Assembly (NCBI GenBank): GCA_963793265.1
Contig: CAWBZI010000005.1
Span: 320,001-384,000, forward strand
Direction: 5' to 3'
Length of the DNA stretch: 64,000 nt
From: an uncultured cyanobacterium
Lineage (GTDB): Bacteria; Cyanobacteriota; Cyanobacteriia; Phormidesmidales; Phormidesmidaceae
A program made the translations under genes and the position numbers. Below the pieces are notes generated by a model, which saw only the letters and a program-made list of their open reading frames with translations, searched no databases and was not told the DNA's origin. This document shows positions 28,833 through 38,664 of this stretch, in pieces (the stretch's first letter is position 1; the number at the start of each line of letters is the position of its first letter).

Positions 28833-30581
28833 CTAGGCTTTTTCGCTTGGCAGGGCCTCATCGTTCTCAAGCTTTTGCCACTGGCTCATTACAACGCGAT
28901 TTCGTCCCGACTGCTTAGCTTTATACAATGCTTGGTCGGCATACTCAATTAAGCGCGGCGACAGTAAAGAAAATCCAGGTGAAACGCTCGCCACACCACA
29001 GCTAATCGTGACCCATTCGTTTACCTGAGAGCCTTCGTGTGCGATCGCCATCTCGTACATCTGTTCTTGAACACGCCTTGCCACAATAGCAGCCGTTTCC
29101 TCGTCAGTAGCAGGCAAAACAACCACAAACTCCTCTCCGCCATAGCGTGCTACCAGATCAGAGTTACGAACACCTAATCGAAGTGACTTTGCAACTTTTT
29201 GTAGACAGCGATCGCCCGCTGGATGCCCGTACAAATCGTTAAACGCCTTGAAGTAATCAACGTCAAAGAGAATGACAGAGAGCTGCTTATGCACCTTCAG
29301 AGCATCTGATAAGTACTGATCGAAGTAGCGCCGGTTTGCGACCTGTGTCAGCTCATCGAAGGCAGCCAGGTTTTGTAGCTGCTGGTTTCGATAGGCCATT
29401 CCTAAGCCCGTAGCCACCATCATAGATACCATCGGTAGCGCTACAGGCATCCACCAGCCTGCTAAAAAAAGCCCGTAGGAAACGCTCAGCAATCCACCGC
29501 TCGCGCTTAGCATTCGAGCAATGAGCTGCCACGTGGGCACGCCCGACTTCAGCGAATGGCTATAAAGAATTGAATAGCTCATTACAATGCTCGCAGCTAT
29601 CCATGCAGCCGTCCAAAGCAGCTCTATATAGAGCGAGACAGTCATTAACAGCGGCTTACCTTCTAAAGCAAGGTCTAGCAGTTGACTAATCATCTGCGTA
29701 TGAATATACACGCCAGCCACCTGGTCGCCGCCAAGCGGGGTCGCAAACCAGTCGTTTGCGCTCACCCCAATCGCACCGATCAAAACAATGTGATCGCGCA
29801 CCATCTCATCGGTTAGCTCTCCTGCGAGCACCGTCGAGATCGAAACCGACTCGAAGTGCTCGTAGCTTCTCCGGTAGTTCATCAACACCTGAAAACCGCC
29901 CCAATCGGCATTCACATAGCCGCCATCATTCCGCTCAAACAGCTCGACTCTGCCCTGACCCAACTGCAAATCAAATCCGCTATCGTCTAAAGGTTCAGGC
30001 TCAATTCCCCGCTCATACAAATACTCTAGAGCCAAGGTCGCCGCAAGCGTTTGCTTAATCTCTCCCTGTGGCGTAATCACCGATAGTAAACCGCGCCTGA
30101 CATTGCCATCATCATCCAATACCAAATCGGAGGAACCCGTTTTTCCTAACGCCACCAGCGTCGAGTGAGCGGGAACCACTTCTCCGATAGCGCGCTCAAT
30201 ACCTATTACATTCGGAATCTCTTCAAACGCCTGATTAAGCTCTTGAGTGCCTGGTTCAATAGGTAGATTTCTATAGAGATCAATGCCAATAATGGCGGGT
30301 TCGTGTTTACTAACACGACGAACGACTTCGGCTAAGGCGGCATCGTGAATTGGCCACTGACCTATCTTTGTAATGTCTTCTTCATTGATAGTGACGACTA
30401 AAATTCTCTCATCGGAAATCTTATCTGACGAACGCAACCTTAAAAACTGATCTAGAACGCCTATCTCCAAGCTCTCAAACATGCCCGATGTCGCCATGAT
30501 CGCAATCACCCCGGCCATCCCAAAGCTCACAGCAAGCATCTGCCGCCCTTGTTTCATTCGGTGTATAAGCTGTGCGAACAT
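28833..30581 (-). CDS. CHASE2-domain diguanylate cyclase
   Basis: CHASE2 (ILVVTINEEDI..IGQWP, IGIDLYR, DDDGNVRRG, VAGVYIH), TM helices, DELTQVANRR, DVDYFK..ND.YGH, RNSD I-site, GGEEF. Confidence 0.93.
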   Translation of the reverse strand: MFAQLIHRMKQGRQMLAVSFGMAGVIAIMATSGMFESLEIGVLDQFLRLRSSDKISDERILVVTINEEDITKIGQWPIHDAALAEVVRRVSKHEPAIIGIDLYRNLPIEPGTQELNQAFEEIPNVIGIERAIGEVVPAHSTLVALGKTGSSDLVLDDDGNVRRGLLSVITPQGEIKQTLAATLALEYLYERGIEPEPLDDSGFDLQLGQGRVELFERNDGGYVNADWGGFQVLMNYRRSYEHFESVSISTVLAGELTDEMVRDHIVLIGAIGVSANDWFATPLGGDQVAGVYIHTQMISQLLDLALEGKPLLMTVSLYIELLWTAAWIAASIVMSYSILYSHSLKSGVPTWQLIARMLSASGGLLSVSYGLFLAGWWMPVALPMVSMMVATGLGMAYRNQQLQNLAAFDELTQVANRRYFDQYLSDALKVHKQLSVILFDVDYFKAFNDLYGHPAGDRCLQKVAKSLRLGVRNSDLVARYGGEEFVVVLPATDEETAAIVARRVQEQMYEMAIAHEGSQVNEWVTISCGVASVSPGFSLLSPRLIEYADQALYKAKQSGRNRVVMSQWQKLENDEALPSEKA

Positions 30582-30761
30582 CTATATGAAAAAGACTGCA
30601 GGATGGGAAAAAAGACTGCGGGCGATGCTTACAGAATGCCCAACTCTACACGCATCAAGTCTGATGCAATAGTACTGCTACAACAAAAGCATCCCAACAG
30701 TTAGTTGAAATGCTTTTAATCATCAGGAACATAGAGCCTTAACGGTAAGGAAAAGACGCTT

Positions 30762-31508
30762 TTAGCTTTCTATCAAGGGCGCGCTTGCAATCATATCTAG
30801 CCCTACTGTCTCTAAAACGTTTGACCAATGTTCCATTGATTGAACATCGGCAGAATCCTCCACACGCATTAGCGCCAGGGTATCGAGCAAGTCGTACCAC
30901 AACCCGGCCTCACCATACGCCTGAGCTTGTTCTACCAAAGACGCATCCGGTTGAATATTTACCGTTGACTCAACTCGCTGAATAGCACCGCCAAGCACGG
31001 GGCTATCAGGTCGAAGCTGACCATTGCACTTAAGGACTAAAGACCAGGTATATTCCTCATCAGCAGGCAGAACCGGCAGGGCTTCTGGAAACGCGACTTC
31101 CATCACGCCGCCTGATTCAGCAAATTTTTCTCTTGGCAAGCTCAGGTTCGCCTCGAAGTATTCACTCTCATCTAAAGACTTCAAACTCAAGATAGCCTCG
31201 TCTACAACGGTGCCTTCTGCAAAATATACGTAGAGAGAGAGTTCTTCAGTTGCAGTTAAGCCAATACCACTTTCAGGAAGTATCGCTATCCCACCACACT
31301 GAGAAGGCATCGGGCGACGGCTTGCACCGCTGTGTGTACGATTAGGAGAGCCGCTGGTCAGGGGGGGAACAAATCCAATTCGAGTGGCATGAGTCTCTGT
31401 TGTTCTCAATCGATCGGCACTTTGGGCAATCGCTGTATCAAAGATACTTGTGCAAGGCAGTAGAACCCCCAACAAAGCAGCAGCGGTGACAGTCATTCTT
31501 GTTTTCAT
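30762..31508 (-). CDS. DUF928 family exported protein
   Basis: Signal peptide, FVPP...P..T.SGASR, GLT, Y.WS.V..C, YGEAGLWYDLL..L, W..VLE.VGL. Confidence 0.85.
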   Translation of the reverse strand: MKTRMTVTAAALLGVLLPCTSIFDTAIAQSADRLRTTETHATRIGFVPPLTSGSPNRTHSGASRRPMPSQCGGIAILPESGIGLTATEELSLYVYFAEGTVVDEAILSLKSLDESEYFEANLSLPREKFAESGGVMEVAFPEALPVLPADEEYTWSLVLKCNGQLRPDSPVLGGAIQRVESTVNIQPDASLVEQAQAYGEAGLWYDLLDTLALMRVEDSADVQSMEHWSNVLETVGLDMIASAPLIES

Positions 31509-31528
31509 AAGCTAAAAACCGGTATTAT

Positions 31529-34138
31529 TTAGGACAACCAATTCCCAATTAAAACAAACGGCGACCAGTAATAAGGATGGGAGAATTGAGGATCTTTCAG
31601 TACTTTTATTTGAGCTAACCGTAAAGCTTCGGCCTTAGATAGATCGGTATTTGCGAGTTCTCGGTAAAACTCAGCCATTAGCTCGGCGGTAGATTCATCG
31701 TTAACAGCCCAAAGTGTAGCCAGCGTACTTCTAGCACCTGAGCGAATAGCAACACCTGCTAAGCCTAAGGTGGCTCTATCGTCACCTTCGGCAGTTTGGC
31801 AGGCGCTTAGCACCATCAGCTCAATCGGCTCGGCGGCCTGGCGGCGCGATCGCAGCAAATCATCCAGTTCGCCCATTGATATTCGCTCATCCCAGGCCAG
31901 TAAAAAAGTATCTTCTAACTGAGAGCTAAACTGGCCGTGAGTCGCTAAGTGCAGCACGGGAAAAGGAACGCGATCAACTTCATCAGCTAAACTCTGCTTT
32001 GTAAATTCCTCATCAAAGAGCACCTGAGCATCGACACGGGCAGACGCCTGTTCTAGCTCTGCTTTCACGCCCGGCAGCGCCGAGAATCCATCCCGCGCCT
32101 CCGTCAAACCCATCATTAGCGCCTGCAAAGGCTTCGGGTTTTGAAAGTGAGGCCCCAACAATTTGAGCCCAGGCGTAAGGGCTACGCTATATTTTTCTAA
32201 TAAATATTGCTGTCCGTCATACAAAGCAGCCATTGGAATGCTGCGGAATTTACCATCTAGTACAAACACCAGCGTGCTTATATTACGTTCACGCAGCGCA
32301 GATTCAACCGGCGTGATTAGCCAGTCGTATATTTGCTTAGAGAGCCTTAGCCGCTTGTTAGTAGAGAGTGCCGGATTAAGATACTGAAATAAATCATCAA
32401 CTGTTTGATCGGTGACTTCTTTTGCTTGCCAGGTGCGATAGTGACGCAAAGGCAAATCCGGTAGAGATACAATCACCTCTACTCTATCTGCCAATACAAT
32501 TGGGTAGAGCACCGCTGCTTTGCTATCTAGCTTATCGACATACTCCGCTGCCGAATCGATACAGGCAGATCTAAAGTAATTCTCTAATTCCGCGAGCTGT
32601 AAATCTTCTACAACTTCTCTTGCTTTAAGCAGCGATCGCTGGTCTACTTCATCAGGTAGCAATAGCAAGCTCACTAGCTCGCGATAAACCGGCTCTACTG
32701 TCTCGCGAAAAGAATATTGCACGTCTGAGTTAGTAGCGAGCAAATCGCGCCGCACTTCAGAAAGCGTCTCCACAGCGCCCTTATAGCTATCAATAGCCTC
32801 TACGTCCTTTCCTTGCTGATGATACGCTTTACCTAGCTGCTGCTGCCAGCGATAGGCGATATCGTTAGCATCAATGGTCTGTGAGAGGAACAATGCTTTT
32901 TGTGCTAGCTCTTGAGATGCCTGCCACTGCCGCGTATGTCCATACAGCTTACTCAACTCGCCCAGCGCAAGTGACTGCGCGCGATTGTCCTGTAGTGATT
33001 GGGCCTGGGTTACACTCTCTTTAAGTAAATCTGCGGCCTTATCCACTGAAACCCACGCAACCGGCTGATGCGATTTATCTGCATGAGACAATAAGCTATC
33101 GACCAGATTGACTCGGCTGTAAATCGCATCGCGGCTTGCAGGCAAACTTTTGACTTGAGCGAATACGCGAGGTGCAAGCTGTTGTGCACCCTGCCATTGC
33201 TGGGCCGATAGCATCAGGCTCAAGCGATTGAGCTGAGCCTTGGCTTTGAGAAGGGCGTTTGGCGATCGCACCGCGACGACTTCGTACTGCGCTAAAGCTG
33301 CCTCTGTCTCACCCAATAAGCGAGACGTATTTGCTAAGGCAAACAAAGTATCTACAATGTCAGATTCGTTGCCTATTTGTTCTTGCAAAGCTAAGCTTTC
33401 GGTCAAATACTGGCGAGAGGCTGCTAGGCTACCTGAGGTCTGAAAAACGTTGCCCAGGCTTTTGAGTGCGATCGCCTTTACCGCAGAGTCGGGCTGATCT
33501 TTAAGCCGTTCAACAATTGCCGTAAGCTGTAGGTTTGCCCGTCGATACAGGCCCATCGTTTGCAGCGCCTGAGACTGATTGATTTGAGCCCCAACGCTCC
33601 CAAGCAAGTCATCAGCGCGATCGTAGTCAGCTTCGGCCTGCTGCCAGGTTTCCCAAGCGGCTTCTGGCTTACCTTGCTTTAGGCTCAGCCGTCCTTGAGC
33701 GTTCAAAACCTGCGCGCGAACACGTAATAGCTGAGGTGCTCGTGGACTGCTTGCGATGATAGAAAGGCTTTGGGCGATCGCATCTTCTGCCTGCGCCCAG
33801 TCACCTAAATCCTGCGCTGCAATCGACACATAGCTCAGCAGCACGGCCCGCTGCAAAGACTGAGGCTGCAGTTGTTCTGTGGCCCGCTGCCAGCTCTGCA
33901 AAGCCGACGATATCTGACCAGATTCATACTGCTGCTGGCCTTGAAAAATCTGATTTTGCGAAGGCGCTAGTGATGAACTTACATTGTCCTGAGCGATCAC
34001 CACGCTTTTAGTGCCGACAGAAGCAGCAGGATTTGCCGTAACACCTACCAGGGTCACTAGCATCATTGCCAAAAACAGAACTCTCTTCCAGCTTCTACGA
34101 CTCAAAATCGACCTTCTAAACTTCCAATAGCGATTCAT
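31529..34138 (-). CDS. Exported TPR-repeat CHAT (caspase-HetF-like) protease
   Basis: Signal peptide, TPR-like helices, LQLAELENYF..AC, VLHLATHGQF (His), VLSACQTA (Cys), HPYYWSPFVLIGNW. Confidence 0.92.
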   Translation of the reverse strand: MNRYWKFRRSILSRRSWKRVLFLAMMLVTLVGVTANPAASVGTKSVVIAQDNVSSSLAPSQNQIFQGQQQYESGQISSALQSWQRATEQLQPQSLQRAVLLSYVSIAAQDLGDWAQAEDAIAQSLSIIASSPRAPQLLRVRAQVLNAQGRLSLKQGKPEAAWETWQQAEADYDRADDLLGSVGAQINQSQALQTMGLYRRANLQLTAIVERLKDQPDSAVKAIALKSLGNVFQTSGSLAASRQYLTESLALQEQIGNESDIVDTLFALANTSRLLGETEAALAQYEVVAVRSPNALLKAKAQLNRLSLMLSAQQWQGAQQLAPRVFAQVKSLPASRDAIYSRVNLVDSLLSHADKSHQPVAWVSVDKAADLLKESVTQAQSLQDNRAQSLALGELSKLYGHTRQWQASQELAQKALFLSQTIDANDIAYRWQQQLGKAYHQQGKDVEAIDSYKGAVETLSEVRRDLLATNSDVQYSFRETVEPVYRELVSLLLLPDEVDQRSLLKAREVVEDLQLAELENYFRSACIDSAAEYVDKLDSKAAVLYPIVLADRVEVIVSLPDLPLRHYRTWQAKEVTDQTVDDLFQYLNPALSTNKRLRLSKQIYDWLITPVESALRERNISTLVFVLDGKFRSIPMAALYDGQQYLLEKYSVALTPGLKLLGPHFQNPKPLQALMMGLTEARDGFSALPGVKAELEQASARVDAQVLFDEEFTKQSLADEVDRVPFPVLHLATHGQFSSQLEDTFLLAWDERISMGELDDLLRSRRQAAEPIELMVLSACQTAEGDDRATLGLAGVAIRSGARSTLATLWAVNDESTAELMAEFYRELANTDLSKAEALRLAQIKVLKDPQFSHPYYWSPFVLIGNWLS

Positions 34139-34385
34139 ATACGCTCATTCCCAACTGCTTTGCCACAGAAAATCGTTATTTATCTGCCCATTTCAAAGAA
34201 CAAAGCAGCTTTCTACGGTTATTAATGCCCCAATTTGTCAATCGGTTTGCACAAACCTCACACTCTACGGGCCACAAGGGCACCCTAATTGAAAATTACG
34301 CTAGCGTTTTGTAGCTCTTTGTCAACAGTCGTATAGCGCTTCCTACAAAACAACTTTCACAAGGGCTATCTAGAGCTAGAGATTT

Positions 34386-37004
34386 ATGAAAAGTCAGTCC
34401 AAGCATCAGAACTTTCTACTTCTTTGTTCTCTTTTGAAGGTGAGTAGCGGGCTTGCGATAGCAAACGGACTGGTGACGGGTGGTGCGATCGCCCAGTCAA
34501 TCTCAATCGACGGCTCGACACCCACACAGCTCAACGGAACCAATAGCTGTTCGGGTAACTGCACCATTACGGGTGGCTTAAGAGATAGCAACGGCAGCGG
34601 AGTTAATCTCTTTCATAGCTTCGACTACTTTAATATAGATACCGGCTCGACAGTTACTTTCGACGACCCTGGCGTTACTAATATATTCAGCAGAATCACT
34701 GGCGCAGGGAATCTGTCAACTATCGATGGGACTCTCGCTGTAGATGGCGCAGCTAATCTATTTTTACTCAATGCCAACGGCATTATGTTTGGCGAAAATG
34801 CCAGCCTAGATCTTCAAGGCTCGTTTCTCTCTAGCACCGCAGACAGTATCCTCTTTCAAGATAAAACGCCATTTAGTGCAACAAATCCCGCTGAGGTGCC
34901 TTCGCTGCTAACGGTAAGCACACCTATTGGTCTTCAGTTTGGGAGCGCGCCAAACCCTATTGAGATTGAAGGAAGTGGCCACACACTGGCCTATGGCCCC
35001 GCTATTACCAGAAATGCCTTCGGCCCGCCCGCCTCGAGCCTGCAAGTGTCCGCAGGAAAGAACCTAGCGTTCATCGGAGGAGCGATTAGATTGCGTGGCG
35101 GCAACTTAATCGCAGAAGGTGGTCATATAGAAGTTGGGAGCATTGGAGAGGGCGAGCGCGTTATGTTTGATAGCGAGGCTTCTCAATGGCAGTTTGACTA
35201 CGATCAGGTTTCTGCATTCCAAGATATCTCTCTGACACAATCTGCCTTAGTAGACGTTAGTAGTAGCGATGCAGGCAGCGTTCAAATTCAGGGACAACAG
35301 ATTTCCTTAGGTAGCGGCTCATCAGTATTGGCACAGGTAACAGGCAGCGGCAGTGGACATATCACCGTTAATGCTTCTGAAAAGCTTCAGCTCACAGGAG
35401 AGAACATCTTCATGCCGCCAGATGTTTTCACAATGCCTACTAGCATCTATCTCGAAATTGCACCTTTTGGAACGGGCGATGGCACTAGCCTTTTAAGTGT
35501 CAATGCGCCTGAAATTGGTCTTACTGGAGGGGCTCAAATCGGACTCACCATGGCGGGATCTGGCTCAGCAGGCAGCGTACGAGTGCGATCGCAGCTCGCC
35601 AACCTCAACGGCGTCTCTAACGCGGGGCCAAGCGCTATTTTTACAACAGTTGCCCCACTCGAATTTACGCCTACTACCGCATCTGGTGGCGATTTGGACA
35701 TTCGCATTCAGCAGCTCAACGTTACAGATGGCGGCACGGTAGGCGCAAATACCTTTGGCCCAGGCAGCGGCGGCAATCTAGCCATCGTGGCCGAAGAGAT
35801 AACTGTAGACGGAGCTGGCCCATCTTCACCAAGCATACTAGGTACTGCTTCTGAAGTTTCGCCCACCAATCCTTTCCTATCACTCCCTAAGGGTAGCGGC
35901 AACAGCGGCTCAGCGCTGATAGAGACGCATCGATTGAGTGTCACCAATGGAGGACAAGTTGCAACGACTATCGCGAGCAATAACGCGGCTGGCAATCTAA
36001 CGATTCGAGCAACAGAATCTATCACGCTCGACGGAAGAACAGACGCCGGGCGCAGTGGTTTGCTTGCAAATGCCTTTGAAGGAAGTGGTAGCGGAGGAGA
36101 TATTATTGTCACCACCGATGTTTTATCGGTGCTCAACGAAGCGACCATCAACGCGAGTAATTTTCCTAGCAGCGAGTCGGGCGGACGCCCCCCTGGCAGT
36201 GGTTCGGCAGGTAATATCAGGCTGAGCGCGCAAACTTTAGAGGTTAAAGACGGGGGAGTGATTACGGCTAATACGGTGGCGGGCGATCGCGCAAACATCA
36301 TGATCCAAACGGATAGCCTCGTGCTACGCCGAGGCAGCACCGTTACAACAAACGCAAGTGGCAGCGCTACGGGCGGCGATATTAACATTGATGCTGAAGC
36401 CATTGTTGCCTTTGAGAACAGCGACATTACAGCGAACGCGGTTGATGACTTTGGCGGACGAATTGTCATAGATGCCAACGTCATACTAGGCACTACCTAC
36501 CGCGAATCGCTAACGCCTCAAAGCGATATTACAGCGACCTCAGACCTTGGCCCAGCCTTCAGCGGCAGCGTAGAAATTAATAATCCAGAAGTAGATCCGA
36601 CTGAGGGCATCACAGAACTTCCTGAAGGGCTCTCTACAGAAAATCAGATAGCTAATGCCTGTGAAGAGACAGATAGCAATACCTTTGTAGCAACTGGTAG
36701 GGGAGGGCTTCCTGAAAGCAGCAATCTAACGCTTGCAAATCAATCCCTTTGGAATGATTTTCGCCTGTTAGAAAGTATCGAAACGTTGCCCACAGCGCAA
36801 AACGATACTGCGCCATCAATCGCGAACGAACCAAGCACAAATACTGTGTCGCCCGACGCACTTCCAAACATCGTAGAAGCTCAGATGTGGGCGACGAACC
36901 ACAAGGGACAGCTCGTATTGGGTGTCTACAGTGAAACGTTCGTTTCATCACATACTCTACCTAAGTGTTTAGCCCAGCAAGCATCTATGAAACTCATCAG
37001 TTAG
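34386..37004 (+). CDS. Filamentous haemagglutinin N-terminal (TPS) domain protein, TpsA-like
   Basis: NLFHSFDYFNI...NIFSRITG...IDG...NLFLLNANGIMFG; Gly/Ser-rich beta-helix repeats; cyanobacterial C-terminal C...FVATGRGGLP...EAQMW. Confidence 0.9.
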   Translation: MKSQSKHQNFLLLCSLLKVSSGLAIANGLVTGGAIAQSISIDGSTPTQLNGTNSCSGNCTITGGLRDSNGSGVNLFHSFDYFNIDTGSTVTFDDPGVTNIFSRITGAGNLSTIDGTLAVDGAANLFLLNANGIMFGENASLDLQGSFLSSTADSILFQDKTPFSATNPAEVPSLLTVSTPIGLQFGSAPNPIEIEGSGHTLAYGPAITRNAFGPPASSLQVSAGKNLAFIGGAIRLRGGNLIAEGGHIEVGSIGEGERVMFDSEASQWQFDYDQVSAFQDISLTQSALVDVSSSDAGSVQIQGQQISLGSGSSVLAQVTGSGSGHITVNASEKLQLTGENIFMPPDVFTMPTSIYLEIAPFGTGDGTSLLSVNAPEIGLTGGAQIGLTMAGSGSAGSVRVRSQLANLNGVSNAGPSAIFTTVAPLEFTPTTASGGDLDIRIQQLNVTDGGTVGANTFGPGSGGNLAIVAEEITVDGAGPSSPSILGTASEVSPTNPFLSLPKGSGNSGSALIETHRLSVTNGGQVATTIASNNAAGNLTIRATESITLDGRTDAGRSGLLANAFEGSGSGGDIIVTTDVLSVLNEATINASNFPSSESGGRPPGSGSAGNIRLSAQTLEVKDGGVITANTVAGDRANIMIQTDSLVLRRGSTVTTNASGSATGGDINIDAEAIVAFENSDITANAVDDFGGRIVIDANVILGTTYRESLTPQSDITATSDLGPAFSGSVEINNPEVDPTEGITELPEGLSTENQIANACEETDSNTFVATGRGGLPESSNLTLANQSLWNDFRLLESIETLPTAQNDTAPSIANEPSTNTVSPDALPNIVEAQMWATNHKGQLVLGVYSETFVSSHTLPKCLAQQASMKLIS

Positions 37005-37170
37005 CTGCGTTTTTCCGTATGATTGCCTGTTTCTAGCTACGAGCAACAATTTTAGGTTTTTAAGTATAGGTACTTACTGATTGCCGCTATATAAACACTA
37101 CGTAAGAAAAGTGAGTACGCAGATGGCATTAATTAAAGAACGAGGCACTTTATAGACAAGAAGTTTCAAG

Positions 37171-38472
37171 ATGAGAGATAGTTTTATGCAGCTTAGCTCG
37201 CGCGTTCAAAGAGCCTTATTAGCGTCAACGGTGACCGTAGGAATTTTTACGGCACCTGCGGCGCAAGCTGTCACCTTTAGCTTTAGCTACGGCGGTAACG
37301 TCTCTAACGCATATAGATCTGCCTTTGAAGAGGCTGGCTCTATATGGTCGTCATATTTAGAAGATGATGTTCAAATTAATTTAGGGATAGGCGTAGAGAG
37401 CTTTCTTCCCCAAGATGACAGGTCAGGACATGCAATATCAGCGCCAAATGGTACGTTAGGCGAGTTTCTTACATTAGCAGAAGCGGCTCCGGCGTTGAAG
37501 AAAGAGAAATTTGAAAAATATGCAGAATATCTCTACGAGGATATGTCTCGCGACCGTGATTGGGATAGGTCGAACGATAGAGAGGCCATATATAGTTTGT
37601 ACGATCTTTCTGGACGAGATAATGAGTTTAAGAAGTATCTTGCTATGGAAGACAATCGCGTTCGTGAGAAAGAAAAAGTATACATCACGAGCGCTAACAG
37701 TAAGGCAATTGGATTAATTGATGGTTATTCAGACAAGTTAGACGGATACATTCAAGTAAATAACGACGTAGATTTTTACACAGAATATAACTCCCGTGGG
37801 GAAAAGGACAGATCCCGTGGCCGCAATAAGTTAGAAGATAGTGGCAAGCACGATCTTTTGACCGTAGCACTTCATGAAATTGCTCACACTTTGGGTTTCG
37901 TGAGCGGTGTTGATGTCAGGGGCATCGAAGAAGCAACTACGCTAGATCTATTTCGATACTCTGATGAAAGTTTAGACTACGACGATAATGGAGCTTTTGG
38001 TGCAGTTGACTTGAGTCATGATCAAGAAACCTTTCTCTCATTTGATGGAAAGCGTACGAATATGCTGTTTACAGGGAAACGGGATGGCGATACGGATCAC
38101 GAAGCGAGTCACTGGGATTCCAAAGGTGCCTCTGGAATTATGGCTCCAGAACTGATGAAAAATCATCGACTCGAAATCTCGCAAAGCGATCTGAAGGCTT
38201 TAGATATCATTGGGTGGGATGTAGATTACAAGGGGAAAGCAAATTCGACAAGAGGGAAAAAAGCTAAAAAGAAGAAGGAGTACAAAAGCAAAGAGGCTAA
38301 TAAAGCAATCAGGGGAAAAGACGGCGAGGGCAGCGATTACACAATGGGCTTTTGGTCTTGGAAGCAAACAGGTGGCGCAATAGAAGCTCAACAAGTGCCT
38401 GAGCCTGCGTCTGTACTATCACTATTCGGCATAGCATCGTTAGGTTTAGGCGTCCTTCGCAAACGCTCTTAG
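37171..38472 (+). CDS. PEP-CTERM-anchored zinc metalloprotease (NF038122-like)
   Basis: Signal peptide (AQA), HEIAHTLGF HExxH, LDLFRYS, ASHW, GIM.P Met-turn-like, VPEP-TM-RKR sorting signal; the start may be ATG 37186. Confidence 0.85.
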   Translation: MRDSFMQLSSRVQRALLASTVTVGIFTAPAAQAVTFSFSYGGNVSNAYRSAFEEAGSIWSSYLEDDVQINLGIGVESFLPQDDRSGHAISAPNGTLGEFLTLAEAAPALKKEKFEKYAEYLYEDMSRDRDWDRSNDREAIYSLYDLSGRDNEFKKYLAMEDNRVREKEKVYITSANSKAIGLIDGYSDKLDGYIQVNNDVDFYTEYNSRGEKDRSRGRNKLEDSGKHDLLTVALHEIAHTLGFVSGVDVRGIEEATTLDLFRYSDESLDYDDNGAFGAVDLSHDQETFLSFDGKRTNMLFTGKRDGDTDHEASHWDSKGASGIMAPELMKNHRLEISQSDLKALDIIGWDVDYKGKANSTRGKKAKKKKEYKSKEANKAIRGKDGEGSDYTMGFWSWKQTGGAIEAQQVPEPASVLSLFGIASLGLGVLRKRS

Positions 38473-38535
38473 GCCATGACGACTTTAAGACTTACACTTA
38501 AGTTTCTTTTTTCCAATTAGTGCTGATAGAAGTTG

Positions 38536-38570
38536 AGCCGGTTTCTTTAGGAAGTCGGCTCTTTATTTGT
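38536..38570 (+). terminator. Intrinsic terminator
   Basis: GAGCCGGTTTC-TTTA-GGAAGTCGGCTC followed by TTTATTTGT. Confidence 0.7.
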
Positions 38571-38664
38571 GAATACCTGCTGCGGCCACCATACGCGCAT
38601 CAAAGGAAGTGTAGCGATCGCACAAAGCAGATACACTAATTCTTTGATAGTGCGTTGACAAACC

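Noticed and set aside
35708..36493. Long antisense ORFs inside the haemagglutinin-like, DUF4912 and housekeeping genes (also 45575-46168, 9738-10790, 1810-2379)
   Set aside because: These are shadow frames of biased coding sequence with no independent motifs.
37064..37077. GTA-N8-TAC NtcA-like site upstream of the PEP-CTERM protease
   Set aside because: No properly spaced TAN3T -10 element follows, and such a match can occur by chance.
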